From the human T2T-CHM13v2.0 reference genome, Homo sapiens: a stretch of 64,000 nucleotides of DNA. Of the stretch, positions 19,691 through 36,627 are shown in pieces; within the stretch, counting starts at the first letter, position 1, and every line of letters starts with the position of its first letter. A program made the position numbers and the translations under genes. The stretch lies in NCBI RefSeq assembly GCF_009914755.1, contig NC_060933.1; one strand, 5' to 3'. The notes under the pieces were generated by a model that made no database searches, was not told where the DNA came from, and was given only the letters and a program-made list of their open reading frames with translations.

Positions 19691-20271
19691 CAAATATCAT
19701 TTCTTCATTTTTTCTATTGCAATTTTTTTTCTTATTTATTAGATATTTTTAATATTGGGGGTATTAATAGTCTGCAACATGTGTTGCATATATCTTTCCT
19801 TTTATTTTTTCTTTTTCAATCTTATTTATATACTGGATATTTTTGTGGCAAAGAAGCCTTTTAAGAAAAGTGACCCCAACCAGTTCTTTCCTACAGAATC
19901 CAGTAATCCACATGGCATTGTTTCTTAATCAAACAAACCCTGCTGTCCTAGCCACAGTAGATTAACCAAGGAGTCTGTTTATGGAGAAAGGTGGTTTGTT
20001 ACACCAAGATTCTTTGCTTTTGCTTTTCTTTGTTTTCTACATAACAAGATTACAGCATACTGAATGATACAGAATTCACCCAAGTTCCTTCTTCTGGAAG
20101 TTAAAGACGTTAGTCAAACAGAAGAATATGGGTCATTCAAGCTTGGATTGCAGTCTTGAGTGTTGAGTTATTCCTCTGAAGCTCCTAGAAGCCTGCAGCC
20201 CAACACTGGAACACCTAGGACCTAGAGGAGGAGTGTGGCTAATGACGAATTTCTTATTTGAGCCCACATTC

Positions 20272-20568
20272 TTTTTTCTTTTTTTTTGAGATGGAATCTT
20301 GCTCTGTTGCCCGGGCTGGAATGCAATGGCACGATCTCGGCTTACTGCAACCTCCGCCTCCGGGATCAAGCAATTCTCCTGCCTCAGCCTCCCAAGTAGC
20401 TGGGATTACAGGCGTGAGCCACCACACCTGGCTAGTTTTTGTATTTTTAGTCGAGACAGGATTTTGCCATGTTGGCCAGAATGGTATCGAACTCTTGACC
20501 TCCAGAGATCAGCCTGCCCTGGCCTCCCAAAGTGCTGGGATTACAGGTGTAAGCCACGGTGACAGGCC
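20272..20568 (-). mobile_element. AluS
   Basis: Full Alu reverse complement. Confidence 0.95.
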
Positions 20569-20599
20569 TAAAACTAACATTTTATTTTTTAATTTAATT

Positions 20600-20887
20600 T
20601 TATTTTTTTGGAGATAGAGTCTTGCTCTGTCACCCAGGCTGGAGTGCAGTGGCATGACCTCGGCTCACTGCAACCTCCGCTTCCTGGGTTCAAGTGATTT
20701 TCATGCCTCAGCCTCTGAGTAGCTGGGACTACATGTGCCACCATGTCTGGCTAAGTTTTTGTATTTTCAGTAGAGATGGGGTTTTACTATGTTGGCCAGG
20801 CTGGACTCAAACTCTTGAGGTCAGGCAATCCACCCACCTTGACCTCCCAAAGTGCTGGGATTAGAGGTGAGAGCCACTGCACCCAGC
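20600..20887 (-). mobile_element. AluS
   Basis: Near-full Alu reverse complement. Confidence 0.93.
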
Positions 20888-20894
20888 AGATAAC

Positions 20895-20953
20895 TTTTTT
20901 TTTTTTTGAGACGGAGTCTTACTCTGTTGCCCATGCTGGAGTGCAATGGCAAG
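20895..20953 (-). mobile_element. Alu 3' fragment
   Basis: Poly-T followed by gagacggagtcttactctgttgcccatgctggagtgcaatggc. Confidence 0.88.
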
Positions 20954-22800
20954 ATATCCTGAGCCGATATTCTTATGTAACTTTGTAATAAGCCTTCATA
21001 ATATAAGTGATTTGTGAGTGTGGCTTTTCCCCCCTAGTATAGTTAAGAGCTTTTATCATTATAAACCTCTTACTGCTTAAACAATTTAAAAGAAATGGTG
21101 ATGTAACATGGGTAATTCTTTCAAGTGTTTGCTCTTACAGATATTCCTTGATAGCCAGTTTTAGAATTTGTTAGACATTGCGTTTGTCAAAAAAAGTTCT
21201 TCCTCAATGCTTACCCTAGCATGCTCTGGCTTAACTAGTTCCCTCTTGAACCAAGGAATACTATGTTTTGCTAGAGTGACCCACAGTCCTTCTTCTTCAC
21301 CAGACTCCCTTAGATGGGGTTAAAGTTCTTCCTTTTCCAGAAAGACTCAGTATGAGTATTTGCAAAGCTCTGAAGAGATGTAGTTGAACCTCATATATGC
21401 CTTAGATCAAGAAGTGAGTATGGTGCCAAAAGAAATTAATTTCCATATAAAGCCAGGAAGAAAGGTTGGGCTCATAAAGATAACCAGAACATGTTTCCAA
21501 AAGACTCAGTGGGCAAAGAAACCCATATTTACAAATCAATACTTTCCAAAGCTCATAGAGAAAAATAAATAATGTTTTCAGGGTAACATGGTTTTCTAAA
21601 TGTACTACTTTCAATTAAGGCCTGTAAGTAGTCCCCAATGGTGCTTCACGAAATTCCTTTGTGTGTTCTCACCAGGTTTATTCTAAACTCCTAGTGCACA
21701 GTAACCTTTTTTTCTCTAGTTTTGTCAAGAGATACACATGGGTAGAAAATTCCCTCTTTGATATTTTTTCTACATTGGAAAGATCCACTTCTCAATAGTG
21801 GGTGAACAATTTGACCAGACCATTTTCCCACCAGTGAGTTGATCTCTAAGATACTAAGCTACAATTCCCTGTTGGGCACTCTATTGAAAAAATATGCAGA
21901 AAAGAGCCATCCATGTGTACCAAATAGACAAATTGAAAGTACATGTCCTCATCTAGGCTAAAATTTGATTGGCCTTTTTAGCAGATTGTTAGTGAAGATA
22001 GAGGCTCTTGGAGGTGGCAAGTGTGAATGTAAGTGTATGTACCTGTGCATGTGTGTAACATTTTTCATGCTATGCATTAATTTTGACTAATGATTTCTCG
22101 GAGTTGCTATAATCCCTTTCTCCCACTCACGGAAAATAACTGGACTCTGTTCATTTGACTATTTACTCTCAGAAAATGAGTCAGGGAGGGGTAGAGAAGT
22201 AACTCAGAAGGAATTTACAAAGTGGGCAGAAGAAATTTAATTTTAGCTTCGAAAATTTTAGCTTTGAAATTTAGCAGAACTCAACCCGCCCTGCACATCA
22301 CAAGTTAAGAGGAGCAACTCTTGCCGCAGGTACAAGTGTGTTCCCTACTGGGGAAGCCATGTTAGGGATGTAATGAGCTAGAAGTTGCATATAGATGACA
22401 ACAGGAAACAGCATATTTGATGGGTCTTTGGCTGGACTTTTCTGCAATCAGGTGAAGCCAAAATGATTCTCTAAGAACCAAGTATGGTATCACTCAAGCT
22501 TTGCTATCTTGTTCTCCTTTGCCTGTTTTCAGTACTTATTTTAATGTATGTTTCCTATAAAATTGTCCATCTATGTGGTTCTAGTTTTAGCATTTTATCT
22601 CCTCCTACTTGCTTATGGCTCAGCCCCAGCTCAGTCATTCCTTCTAATAGTGCCCTTATTATTCCTTCTTCCCCTGCTTCTTTTCCTACCTTGTTTCTCT
22701 CCTTGTTTCTTTCAAACAGGTCTAATCCTGAGCAAACTTGTGAAATTTCAACCTGTCAGCCCTTCAGACCTGAATTGTTTCCTCTCCTCAATGGTTCCAC

Positions 22801-23117
<317 letters not shown>

Positions 23118-23779
23118 GGTTCCACTTTTCTATCCCTTAGTGTTATTGCTTTCTTTCCACCAAAATAAAACCTTTTTTTTTTTTTGCAATCTATTTGCTC
23201 CAAATATTATTTTCCTGGGACAAATTTCAGTTTAACAGCTACCCAAGTGTTTAGATAAAGGTATGAAACACTGAAGTGAAATCCCTGGACTGGCTAAAGT
23301 TCCGGAGACTTCCATGTGTCTTCCTCTATCCTTCATATAATTTCTTGAAACAGTGGGGATGTAGCTGTGAGAAGCACTTTAGTTCCTCTTTCAGGGCCTT
23401 GAAGAGGTCAGACCCTTCTGAGAGGAAGAAAGCATCTGGGTGACAAATATTGGAACTGGGTTTCGGGAAGCAACAAAGCTGGACCAGAAGTCCAGGCAGA
23501 CCCAAAGAGCAGGGGAGGGCTGGCTGCTGGAACAAGGTGCCTTGTTTAGCTCTGCAGAGACCTGGGACCAAAGATAGAGTTCTCAAACTGGGGAAATGGC
23601 TTATAACAGCCAATATCTGCTGGGATTCAGGTGCCGTTGCCTAAAAAGTCAAGATTTAGGATGTTAATCCAGAAAATTGACAGATGTTGGCCAGGTACTG
23701 TGAATATCTCAGCAGTTTTGGGGCTGTGATCAGAGAAAGATTGTTCTGGCCACACTCAGTGCCCCTAGATATTCTACAG

Positions 23780-24065
23780 ATACCCTAGCTCATAGTTCGC
23801 CTTCAAAACTCACCTCGACATCCCCATTCCAGAAAGCTGTCCCTGACCACTCAATCAGGAGTGCAGTGCCTATCCTAATGCGTCCATGGAAACTTGTCTG
23901 TGAGAGCTTCCATCAAACCGACTTGTGGTGGCCTTTTTATCTGACTTTCTTCCTAGATCATTCCAGCACAAGGGCACAGACTGTGCACTTACACTGTGTC
24001 CACTGTGCTGATCACATGCCTGGCCCAGCGTGGATACTTAGCAAATGTTTGCTGAATGAGTGAAT
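23780..24065 (+). mobile_element. L2 3' end
   Basis: Ends atgcctggcccagc...gcaaatgtttgctgaatgagtgaat. Confidence 0.65.
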
Positions 24066-26014
24066 ACAAGAATGATGTCCTTTAGGATGGCAGACAAAGG
24101 AAAACTTGAGCCACTGCAACACTAGACCTCAGAAGAAAGTTCTGCTACCAAAACGGAAAAATGTGTTTTTGAACTCAAATTGTGTTTGATGGCCTTCTTA
24201 CTATTAATGGAGATCAACAGGTTGTAGAGAGCTGCATTATCAGTAGATGGGAAGCAAAGGAGGAGCGAGAAGCTGACTCATTCCCTTGAGCTTGCAAAGT
24301 ATACAATACACCCCAGACAATGGGGAGAAACATCCATCCGCCCATGGAAATCAGTGAAACAAAAGGGGCCTGGGTGGACACCCTTGCTTCCCTCCCGTGC
24401 CTACTCTGGCTCTCAATCTATTTGTTTTCACCAAGGCTCTATATTTTGGGACTTTTGTGTTGGGCTCCTCCCCATCTCTCTGGGATAATAAAACCAGAAA
24501 AGAAATACTGGGACAGGTTCTGGCATGTGCAATTCTGTGTGAGCCATGGGAGTGGATGGGGCATTTGGAAATTTATGGAAGTTGAATGCAAAGTATGAAG
24601 AGTTGGACTGGAAAAGGAGTAGGTTGGGACAGGTGACTTCTGCTTTTCTTTTAAGCCTTTCTATATTTGAATTTCTAAAATTACCTGCATAAATTACTTC
24701 CATAAAATAACAAAAATACTTATTTTTCAAGACAACTAAGAGTCAGATGGAGATAGCAGTCTTGGGGCATGCAGGGCAGTGGGAGGGAGTGAGTGAAGAG
24801 AGGCTGTTTTCATGTCTGGTTTGGCTCCTTTATGAGGCTACTGCTGCTCTGGCAAGATGAACTGGGCCCTGTGTGAAAGGAACACTTGCTCAGGATTCCT
24901 GGATTTAGTTCTTCACAGGCCAACCTCTCTCCACACTTCAGTCATTGCCCCAGTTTCTTAACTCTATTAGCTGCCAGTCCTGTGGCCCATTTACCTTCTT
25001 CATGATTTGTGCACTTAGTTTCTGATCTCAACTTCCTTTCTAGTGACATTTCATTTCTTGTCCTAGATCCTAAAGTATTCATGGTCAGTTTCTAAAGTAA
25101 TAGTCTTCCTGACTTGACTTGTCCCCAGGTTACCTCTTCCAGATGCTTCCCTGAGAGGATGCTCTCTCCTGTTTTGTCTCAGTTCTTGCAGAAGTACCTA
25201 TACAGCCAAAAGGACCTAGAAAAGGCCTGAAAAGGGTTGATAACAAGCAGTAAAACCAGGGCGGAACGCTTGCAGACATACCAACATTCCTTTCAAGACC
25301 TGACTCATCCTCTTCCTGGTTGGGTCATCTTGTATAAGTTACAGAGACTTTCTGAGGCTTGATTTCTTTATCTGCACATGGAAGATACTAATAGTATTTA
25401 TCCCTTAATAAAAGTTCACTATCTCTTTGGCTAGAGTCACAGAAAGAGAAAAAAGTTCAAAATCACCACTGTAGCAGAAGTGTAAAGTTATTTACGCTGT
25501 TTTCAAATACGCAACAACAACAAAGTATGGCTCCTTTTTTATATACTAGGTCTGTTGTCAGCAAAGATCATCCTCACTCAACCACCCCCAACCCAAAGGG
25601 TGACAAGTGCAGTTTTAGTCTCACCAGAATTTTATTCAATTTTATAAAGAAAATCATGACTTTAGGTAAATTCTTTATCTCTTTTAGATAAAGTGCTCAG
25701 TCTCTCAGGTTTCTGCTCACTCTGTTTCTCTTCAAGATGACATCTGAATGTGAGGCTTAAGCGACTTCAGCAGGACAGAGGACATTGGGAGTTCTTGGCA
25801 TCCTTTTGACATTGTTGGTCTCTGCTGTGTCATGGCTGGTCCGTGCTGCTCCCTGGACTCATGACCACTGGGAGGGACTGGTGCAATTTTGGGGTGTTCT
25901 GCTGGCATATGAACTGAAGCCTGTAACTGGTGTAATGCATGGACCATTCTTATCCTTGCTGACATGACCTTACCTTGTTAGTGCTGCAGAGGTCCAGTGT
26001 GACTTTCCTAGCTC

Positions 26015-26305
26015 TTTTTTTTTGAGGCAGAGTCTCACTTCGTCGCACAGGCTGGAGTGCAGTGGTGCCATTTACTTTGACCTCCACTTTCTGGGTTCAA
26101 GCAATTCTCGTGTGTCAGCCTCCTAAGTAGCTGGGATTACAGGCATGTGCCACCATGCCTGGCTAATTTTTTTTTTTTTAATTTTTAATAGAGATGGGGT
26201 TTCACTATGTTGGCCAGGCTGGCCTCGAACTCCTGACCTCAAGTGGTCCACCCCAGTTGGCCTCTCAAAGTGCTGAGATTACAGGCATGAGTCACTGTGC
26301 TAACC
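26015..26305 (-). mobile_element. AluS/J
   Basis: Near-full Alu; TSD tcctagctctt. Confidence 0.93.
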
Positions 26306-26350
26306 TCTCCTAGCTCTTCAAACAGGAAGTCTGCCCTGCAGTGTAGACCG

Positions 26351-26731
26351 CAGTATGATTAGCAGTTGGTTCTGAGTCACTTGAGCCCTGATTTGTGGTA
26401 TTTGCAGACTTTTGTGGTGCAAACATTTCTGCCTTGGCATTTCAAGGTACCAGTGTGGTGTCACCAAATGTGAAGTTGGAAAAAGATCTGCCTTACAGAT
26501 ACAATAGATACATATAAGCTCAAGAACATAGATAATATGTAAAATGTAGTCTAATAACTATGGAGTGACAATTTTGAATATTTCTTGTCTTTATTTTTAA
26601 TAGAATTAATTTAAATGTAAGTTGAAATATCTTTGTTTTTAAGTATTGCTGTGTTTAACAACTGGCTTGCAAAGTTTCTTATAATTTAATAGGCAGGTCT
26701 CTGACCCGGTGAACCATCTCTGGCTCACCAC
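26351..26731 (-). mobile_element. MER63-like hAT-Blackjack DNA transposon
   Basis: gccctgatttgtggtatttgc...agctcaagaacatagataat...gtgtttaacaactggcttgcaa. Confidence 0.7.
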
Positions 26732-27719
26732 TAACAGGTCATCTCATCTTTTTTGTCAAGACATCTTCTATCAAGCTCCTAATCAGGCCCTCAATCAAGT
26801 TCCATGTTCTCTTTGGCGGCGTATTGGAAGCGTGAAGTTTAGGCCCACACTTTGCTATCCACAAGCTGACAGAGAGGCAACAAGAGACACAGTATGCTCT
26901 CAGCTACTAAAAAGGAAGTGGGACAGAAGCTCCTCTGCCCATGCCATTAATCTTGACTCATATAACTCACTTCCCCCTGGTGGAGTCTGTCAAATAGTCA
27001 GAATGTCAAATTCCCCTAGACTCTTGAAGAAAACTCACTCAATGGCCAATTCACAAAAGCCCATTTCACCAAATGAGAAATTCACGAAATTTAGTTTCTT
27101 TTTGTTTTAGTTGACCAGTTTTCCTAATAGCATTTTAAAGAAGAATGTCAAATTTGGTCTCCTGCAGCAGTCAACTGTGTGGCCTTTTCTTTCTCCAGAG
27201 TTTCAGCCACTTTCTTCTCCACTTTGCAGGTTCCACAGCCTAACCTGTTTCTTAGAACTACTTAGTAGTCATAGGAGAGAATGCAATTGCTCTAGGTCCT
27301 CCATTGGATGCTCTTCATTCTTCATTTGGTTTTGTTTTGTTAAAGAAGACAAATCAAAATAGAGAATGGCTGTCAAAAATAACAAGCCCAGGGGAGTTCT
27401 GGAGATTAACATCAGCACCAAACATTGCTCACAGCACTGGTCTCTGTTTATAGAGCAATCTCTAGTCTGTTTACTCATCTAGGTGTTTTAAAATGTTGGG
27501 CTCAAGTATCTGGGCTTGCAGGTATTGAGAAACTACTGAAGGCACAAATAGAGGAATGACAAGTTTGGATCTGCTTTAGACACTGAACTATGGTAGTAAT
27601 ACGTGAAAAGGACCAAAAAAGGGAATTTGTAAGCAGAGAATCCAGTTAAGAATTCATTAGAACCCAGGTGAGAGATAACAGTCTGCACTCCAGTAATGGA
27701 AGTGATGGAATGATAAGAG

Positions 27720-27960
27720 CTTTTTCCTGGCTACCCTAACTTAGAGGACTCCCTGTTTATTCTCTAGCACTGTGCCCTATTTGTGGAAATTTATAAATTT
27801 ATATTTAGATGCCTACTTATCATCTGCTCTCTCACTAGACTGTAAGCTCCCTGAAGCCAGGGTTTGGATGTTTCATTTCCCAAAGTATTCTCATCACCCA
27901 GCACAGTGTCTGGCACATAGCACACGCTCCACAGACACCTGGGAAATAAAGTGGAATTAA
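27720..27960 (+). mobile_element. L2 3' end
   Basis: cactagactgtaagctccctgaagccaggg...gcacagtgtctggcacatag. Confidence 0.75.
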
Positions 27961-28267
27961 GAAGAAAGAAAAGATATTCATCAGTGGGAGCAAGTTAGTT
28001 ATGTTTTATAGTAAGGGAAAGATGCTCATGGAGAAGGAGGAGTGAAAAGGCAGAGGAGAGACAATAAAAGACGGCACAGACTCCAGGATAAGCAGGAGTA
28101 AACAGGATAAGGACAAAAGCAGCAGAATTAGCTTTGCCTAGAAGGGCTCCTCTTCTTCTGTCATGGGAGGAACGGAAGAATGGATGTGTATGGAGGTTGA
28201 TTGGATTTTAGGTTATAAAATTGATGGTTTATGTTTCCTGGAGGTGTGGTAGGCACAGTTATCAACT

Positions 28268-28347
28268 GAGAGAAAGAGAGAAAAGGAAGAGAAAGAGAAA
28301 GAGGAAGAGGAAAGAAAGGGAGGAGGAGGAGGAAAAGAGGAAGAGGA
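28268..28347. repeat. Purine-only (GA-rich) low-complexity tract
   Basis: About 80 consecutive A/G bases. Confidence 0.85.
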
Positions 28348-28904
28348 ATTAAAAGTTAAGAGGGTGGTGAGAATTTAACAAAAATTACTTTAAGGAAGGG
28401 AATAAGTTGGTGACCAAAATACCTAAAAAGATTTCTCCAAAAGGGACCAGCTGAGGAATAATGTGACCAAATTAGCCTATCTCCAAATCTCATAGGTGAG
28501 TGACAGGGAAGTGGAACAAGAAGATGGGAGGGTTGACTGTGATGGAGATTTGCAGGAGGCCATCTCTCCTCCAGTTAATGTGTCTCACTGCAACAAAGGG
28601 GAAGATTTCAGGACTCCTGGGATGGGTTTAGATGAATCATTCATCTCTCCAGCTGTTAAGAGTTTTGTATATGTTAGATAGGACACAGACATCAAAAACT
28701 GTCCCTCAGCGGTCTGCTTCTCTGGAGAAGGTCTCACCAAGGGGTTGGAGCTTGACTTATCCTGCTGTGTCCTAGATCTGTAAGGTAACCCTGTCCTTTA
28801 CTACAACTTTGTCTAGCAAGAGAGCAGTGTCTATCTTAAAAATCTTGCTGATATCCAAATATCTTTAGCACTTAGATGACTGCCTTCTATATGAGGAAGT
28901 ACAT

Positions 28905-29110
28905 AAATTAAGACTTTGATAGACCTGGGTTTGATTCCTTCCTCTGGCATGGAGAAGTTTTGTGCTCTTGAATAAATTAGCTAACCTTTTCAAGCCTTCA
29001 TTGTTCAGAGTAAAAGGGGGGGGAGTCACTGCAACAGTAGAAGGATTAAATGAGATGATGTATGTGATTTATCCAGCAAAATGCATAGCACAAAGTAGAC
29101 ATTCAATAAA
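28905..29110 (+). mobile_element. MIR
   Basis: agacctgggtttgattcc...aggattaaatgagatgatgtatgtg...attcaataaa. Confidence 0.65.
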
Positions 29111-29212
29111 GATTTTGTCACCTCCCTACTTCTTTCTCTCCTTTCATCCCCCTTTTATAACCAGTTTTCTGTACAGATTACAAGATTCCTCATGACAGAA
29201 ATGGCATCTTAG

Positions 29213-29539
<327 letters not shown>

Positions 29540-29559
29540 AACTTTTATCTTTTTATCTA

Positions 29560-29860
<301 letters not shown>

Positions 29861-30017
29861 TAAAAGTAATACATACCCTTGTTAGTTAAAGATTTCAAAT
29901 GGTAAAAAATAAGCAGCTGCCTCATTCCTCCCCACATGGAGAAAATTATGTCTAATTCTTAATAGCTTGGGATTTTAATTATTTTGGTGTCATTATCTAA
30001 ATTTGTCTAAAAGTGTA

Positions 30018-30205
30018 TGATATAATTGGATATTTGTCCCCATCCAAATCTCATGTTTAAATGTAACCCCCAATACTGGAGAGGGGGCCTGGTGGGAGGT
30101 GTTTGGGTCATGAGGGCAGATTCCTCACAGCTCGGTGGTGTCTTGGTGACCGTGAGTTCTCATGATATCTGGTCATTTAAAAGTGTGTGGCACTTCCCCT
30201 TCCCC
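30018..30205 (+). mobile_element. MST (MSTB-like) LTR 5' fragment
   Basis: tgatataattggatatttgtcccc...aaatctcatg...gggcctggtgggaggtgtttgggtcatg. Confidence 0.8.
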
Positions 30206-30209
30206 CTCA

Positions 30210-31500
30210 TACTTAGGTGGGGAGTTATGCTCTACCTCTTTATCTGCATAAATTATTTGAAATTCTCCTGCATGGGAGATTTTTCTCTTTTCTCTTCCTT
30301 ATTTATTTATTCAATTATTTATTTATAACAGCATGTATCATAAATATTTATTTTATACTCTGGGTTATAATCTAATACTACTTCATTTATTTTGTTGCTG
30401 GAATTATTCCAGCTTTGACCATTAGGGGTTTTTTAAGTCAGATCCTTTGATCTTTTTGAATACCTTCAACATTATGGGTTTATTTATTTATTTATTTATT
30501 TGGGGGCATTATTTTTTACTTTCTGGCACTATAAAATACTTCAGGCTTACCTTGTATGTTTCCTTTCCCAATCCTAGAATCGGACATTTCTCCAAGAAGA
30601 CCTAGTTACTTTTACTAGAAAGTGGTATTAGAAACCAAGATCTGAGCACTAGATGTGTTTGTCGCTAACAGAATATTGTTGCATCTAGGGCCTCTCGGCT
30701 GGCAGAGCAAACAATAGATGTGTATATACCAACTCATATATACATATATCTCTTAATATTTGTATATGTAACATTGGTATCCATATTAAGCAAAACCTGA
30801 GTTCAGATGGATGTTTTCAGCTCTAATATATTACACAAATTATTCTAGCTGCTTCTTTTTCTTATATGTAAACTCACACTCCAAGAGTGAGAATCCTGGC
30901 TCATAGCATCCCACATCCACTTACTTGATTGTTCATTTCCAATATACATGTATCATGACATTGAAATTGTTAACTGGTGCCCTCATGAGAATAACTTTAT
31001 CAACTAGAGTTCAGTGCTTGTGTAGTTTCTTTTACCTTTAGTCTTACAGACTCCAGGCTGGGCGCGGTGGCTCACCCCTGTAATCCCAGCACTGTGGGAG
31101 CCTGAAGTGGGCAGATCATGGGGTCAGGAGTTCGAGATCAGCCTGGCCAATATGGTGAAACCCCGTCTCTACTAAAAAATACAAAAATTAGCCAAGTGTG
31201 GTGGCGCATTCCTGTAATCCCAGCTACTTGGGAGGCTGAGGCAGGAGAATCGCTGGAACCAGGAGGCAGAGGTTGCAGTGAGCTGAGATTGCACCACTGC
31301 ACACTCCAACCTGGGCGACAGAGTGAGATTCCATCTCGGAAAAAAAAAAAAAAAAAAAAAAGTCTTATAGACTCCATACATTTCCAATACAATTTCGGTC
31401 AGTATCCCACCCCTTCTTTCAGTGAGGTTGTTTCACACATTTATAATAGATTGTTTTGTCACATTCCACATTCATTCTGGGATCCCTCAATCTTATAATT
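30210..31500 (-). mobile_element. L1MC/MD 3' region, interrupted by an Alu
   Basis: ttttgttgctggaattattccagctttgaccatt and tggtattagaaaccaagatctgag resemble the L1MC/MD 3' end. Confidence 0.65.
31056..31360 (+). mobile_element. AluS (Sg-like)
   Basis: Full Alu; TSD agtctta(c/t)agactcca. Confidence 0.96.
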
Positions 31501-32207
31501 GTTTTTGAAGATTTCATTATCATCCTTTCTGACAACATCTACTGACTTTCTTTCCTCTCTGCTATCAAATTTTATTTTCCAAGAGTTACTTTGCTCTCTG
31601 AATGTCTTATATTTTATACCATCTTGTTCTTTTTTCATAAATGCTACTTAGTTGTTAGCAATCTGTATGAATGAAAATCCTCTCTCTGGGGATATTAATG
31701 AGAATTTTTGTGAAGCCTTCTCTCTGTTTAGTCATTTTTCTCTAAGTATTTTGTATAGTTTTTTCTTGCCTGTATGTTCCACATTAGAAATTTTCCTCAG
31801 ATTCTGGTAATCTTTGTCTGACTGTCCATGATTCAGGGTGTGGGAATCCAATTTCTGATTGGAATCTTTGAGGGTATGAGTAGGTCTTGTTAAGGCTGAG
31901 TTTCCTTGTAGGACAATTTGGCTGGGCGACTCTCGGGGGAACCCCAAATATTACATTAAGTCTTTCCACTTCTGCTGATTCTCTAGAGAGATATCTTCTA
32001 ATCTTATGTCTGAAGAGTAGGGCCTATCTGCTAGGAATCAGGTAGCCCACACATTTTCAGGCTGGCACTCACACCCTCAATTATGACATGGCTTCCCTCT
32101 CAGTTGAGTCTCTGTTTAAACTTTCTAGACTTATGCCGTTGTGTTGAAAGGGAATTGACTCAGTGACACGAATAGAATCTAGGGAGGGGGATACAATTGT
32201 TTTTTAG

Positions 32208-32353
32208 TTTTATTTTATTTATTACTTTACTTTTATATAGAGATGGGATCTCGCTATGTTGCCCAGGCTGATCTCAAACTCATGAGCCTAAGCAACCTCC
32301 TGCTTCAGCCTCCCAAAGCACTGGAATTTACGATGTGAGCCACCATTCCCAGC
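32208..32353 (-). mobile_element. FLAM or free left Alu monomer
   Basis: Single monomer gagatgggatctcgctatgttgcccaggctg...; TSD caattg(t/c)tttt. Confidence 0.8.
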
Positions 32354-32796
32354 TTCCAATTGCTTTTTTTAAATCTTCCAGTCAATTTTTCTTATTTTGG
32401 CTCCCCATCCCCCTTAATCTCCTGTTCCAGAGGTATCTGAAACTGCTGATTTCTGAGACTTTTGGCAATTTAGAAGTGAAGATGTGGTCAGTTTTCAGCT
32501 TTCCTCATTTCTTTCTTGGGTCTGCAAGGCTCTTTAGTTAACACTCATATGACTGCTTTCCTGACTTCCCAAATTTTGTGCTGTTATATTATCTTCATTT
32601 CTTTTTGGGTATATATCTTTAAAAGCATATCTATATCTGTCTGTCTATCTGTCCCTTTACAGTGATTTTATAGTGGTTTCTGATGGGAGCAAAGTTAGAT
32701 TGTTCCATTGAACCCACTGTTCATCTTTTTCCAAATCTTGTTTATAAATTTTTATCTCCCTGATATAATTTTAGTGACTTTGGGAGGAAGAAGATA

Positions 32797-32901
32797 GAGA
32801 TATATATATGTATATATATATACACACACACACACATCTTTATATTGGAATCTCTGAAGGCATGAGTGCGTCTTGCTAAGGCTGGGTGGGTCTTGTTAAG
32901 G

Positions 32902-32947
<46 letters not shown>

Positions 32948-32952
32948 TATAT
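32797..32952. repeat. Two (TA)n(CA)n microsatellites flanking a unique insert of about 60 bp
   Basis: Directly visible. Confidence 0.9.
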
Positions 32953-32967
32953 GTAGCTGGTATATAG

Positions 32968-33318
<351 letters not shown>

Positions 33319-33544
33319 ATTTTCAAAGTCTTAAAATGCATTCTGGATACCAACTACTCAATAAATATTAGTTAAATTAAAATATATAGAAATCAGAAAA
33401 TCTTCATTTTGTTGTGCCTTAAGGGTGATTGAACACTCATAGTATACCAAAGATATTATGCACCATGACCCAAATGTAACTCTCTCTCTGGTGACTTTCC
33501 GCTTTTCCAACTAAGTTAAGAATGTAGAGAATCTTCATAAATAG

Positions 33545-36627
<3,083 letters not shown>

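Noticed and set aside
22239-22276. Short tandem repeat aattttagctt(c/t)gaa, about 2.5 copies
   Set aside because: Too short and low in complexity to distinguish from neutral slippage.
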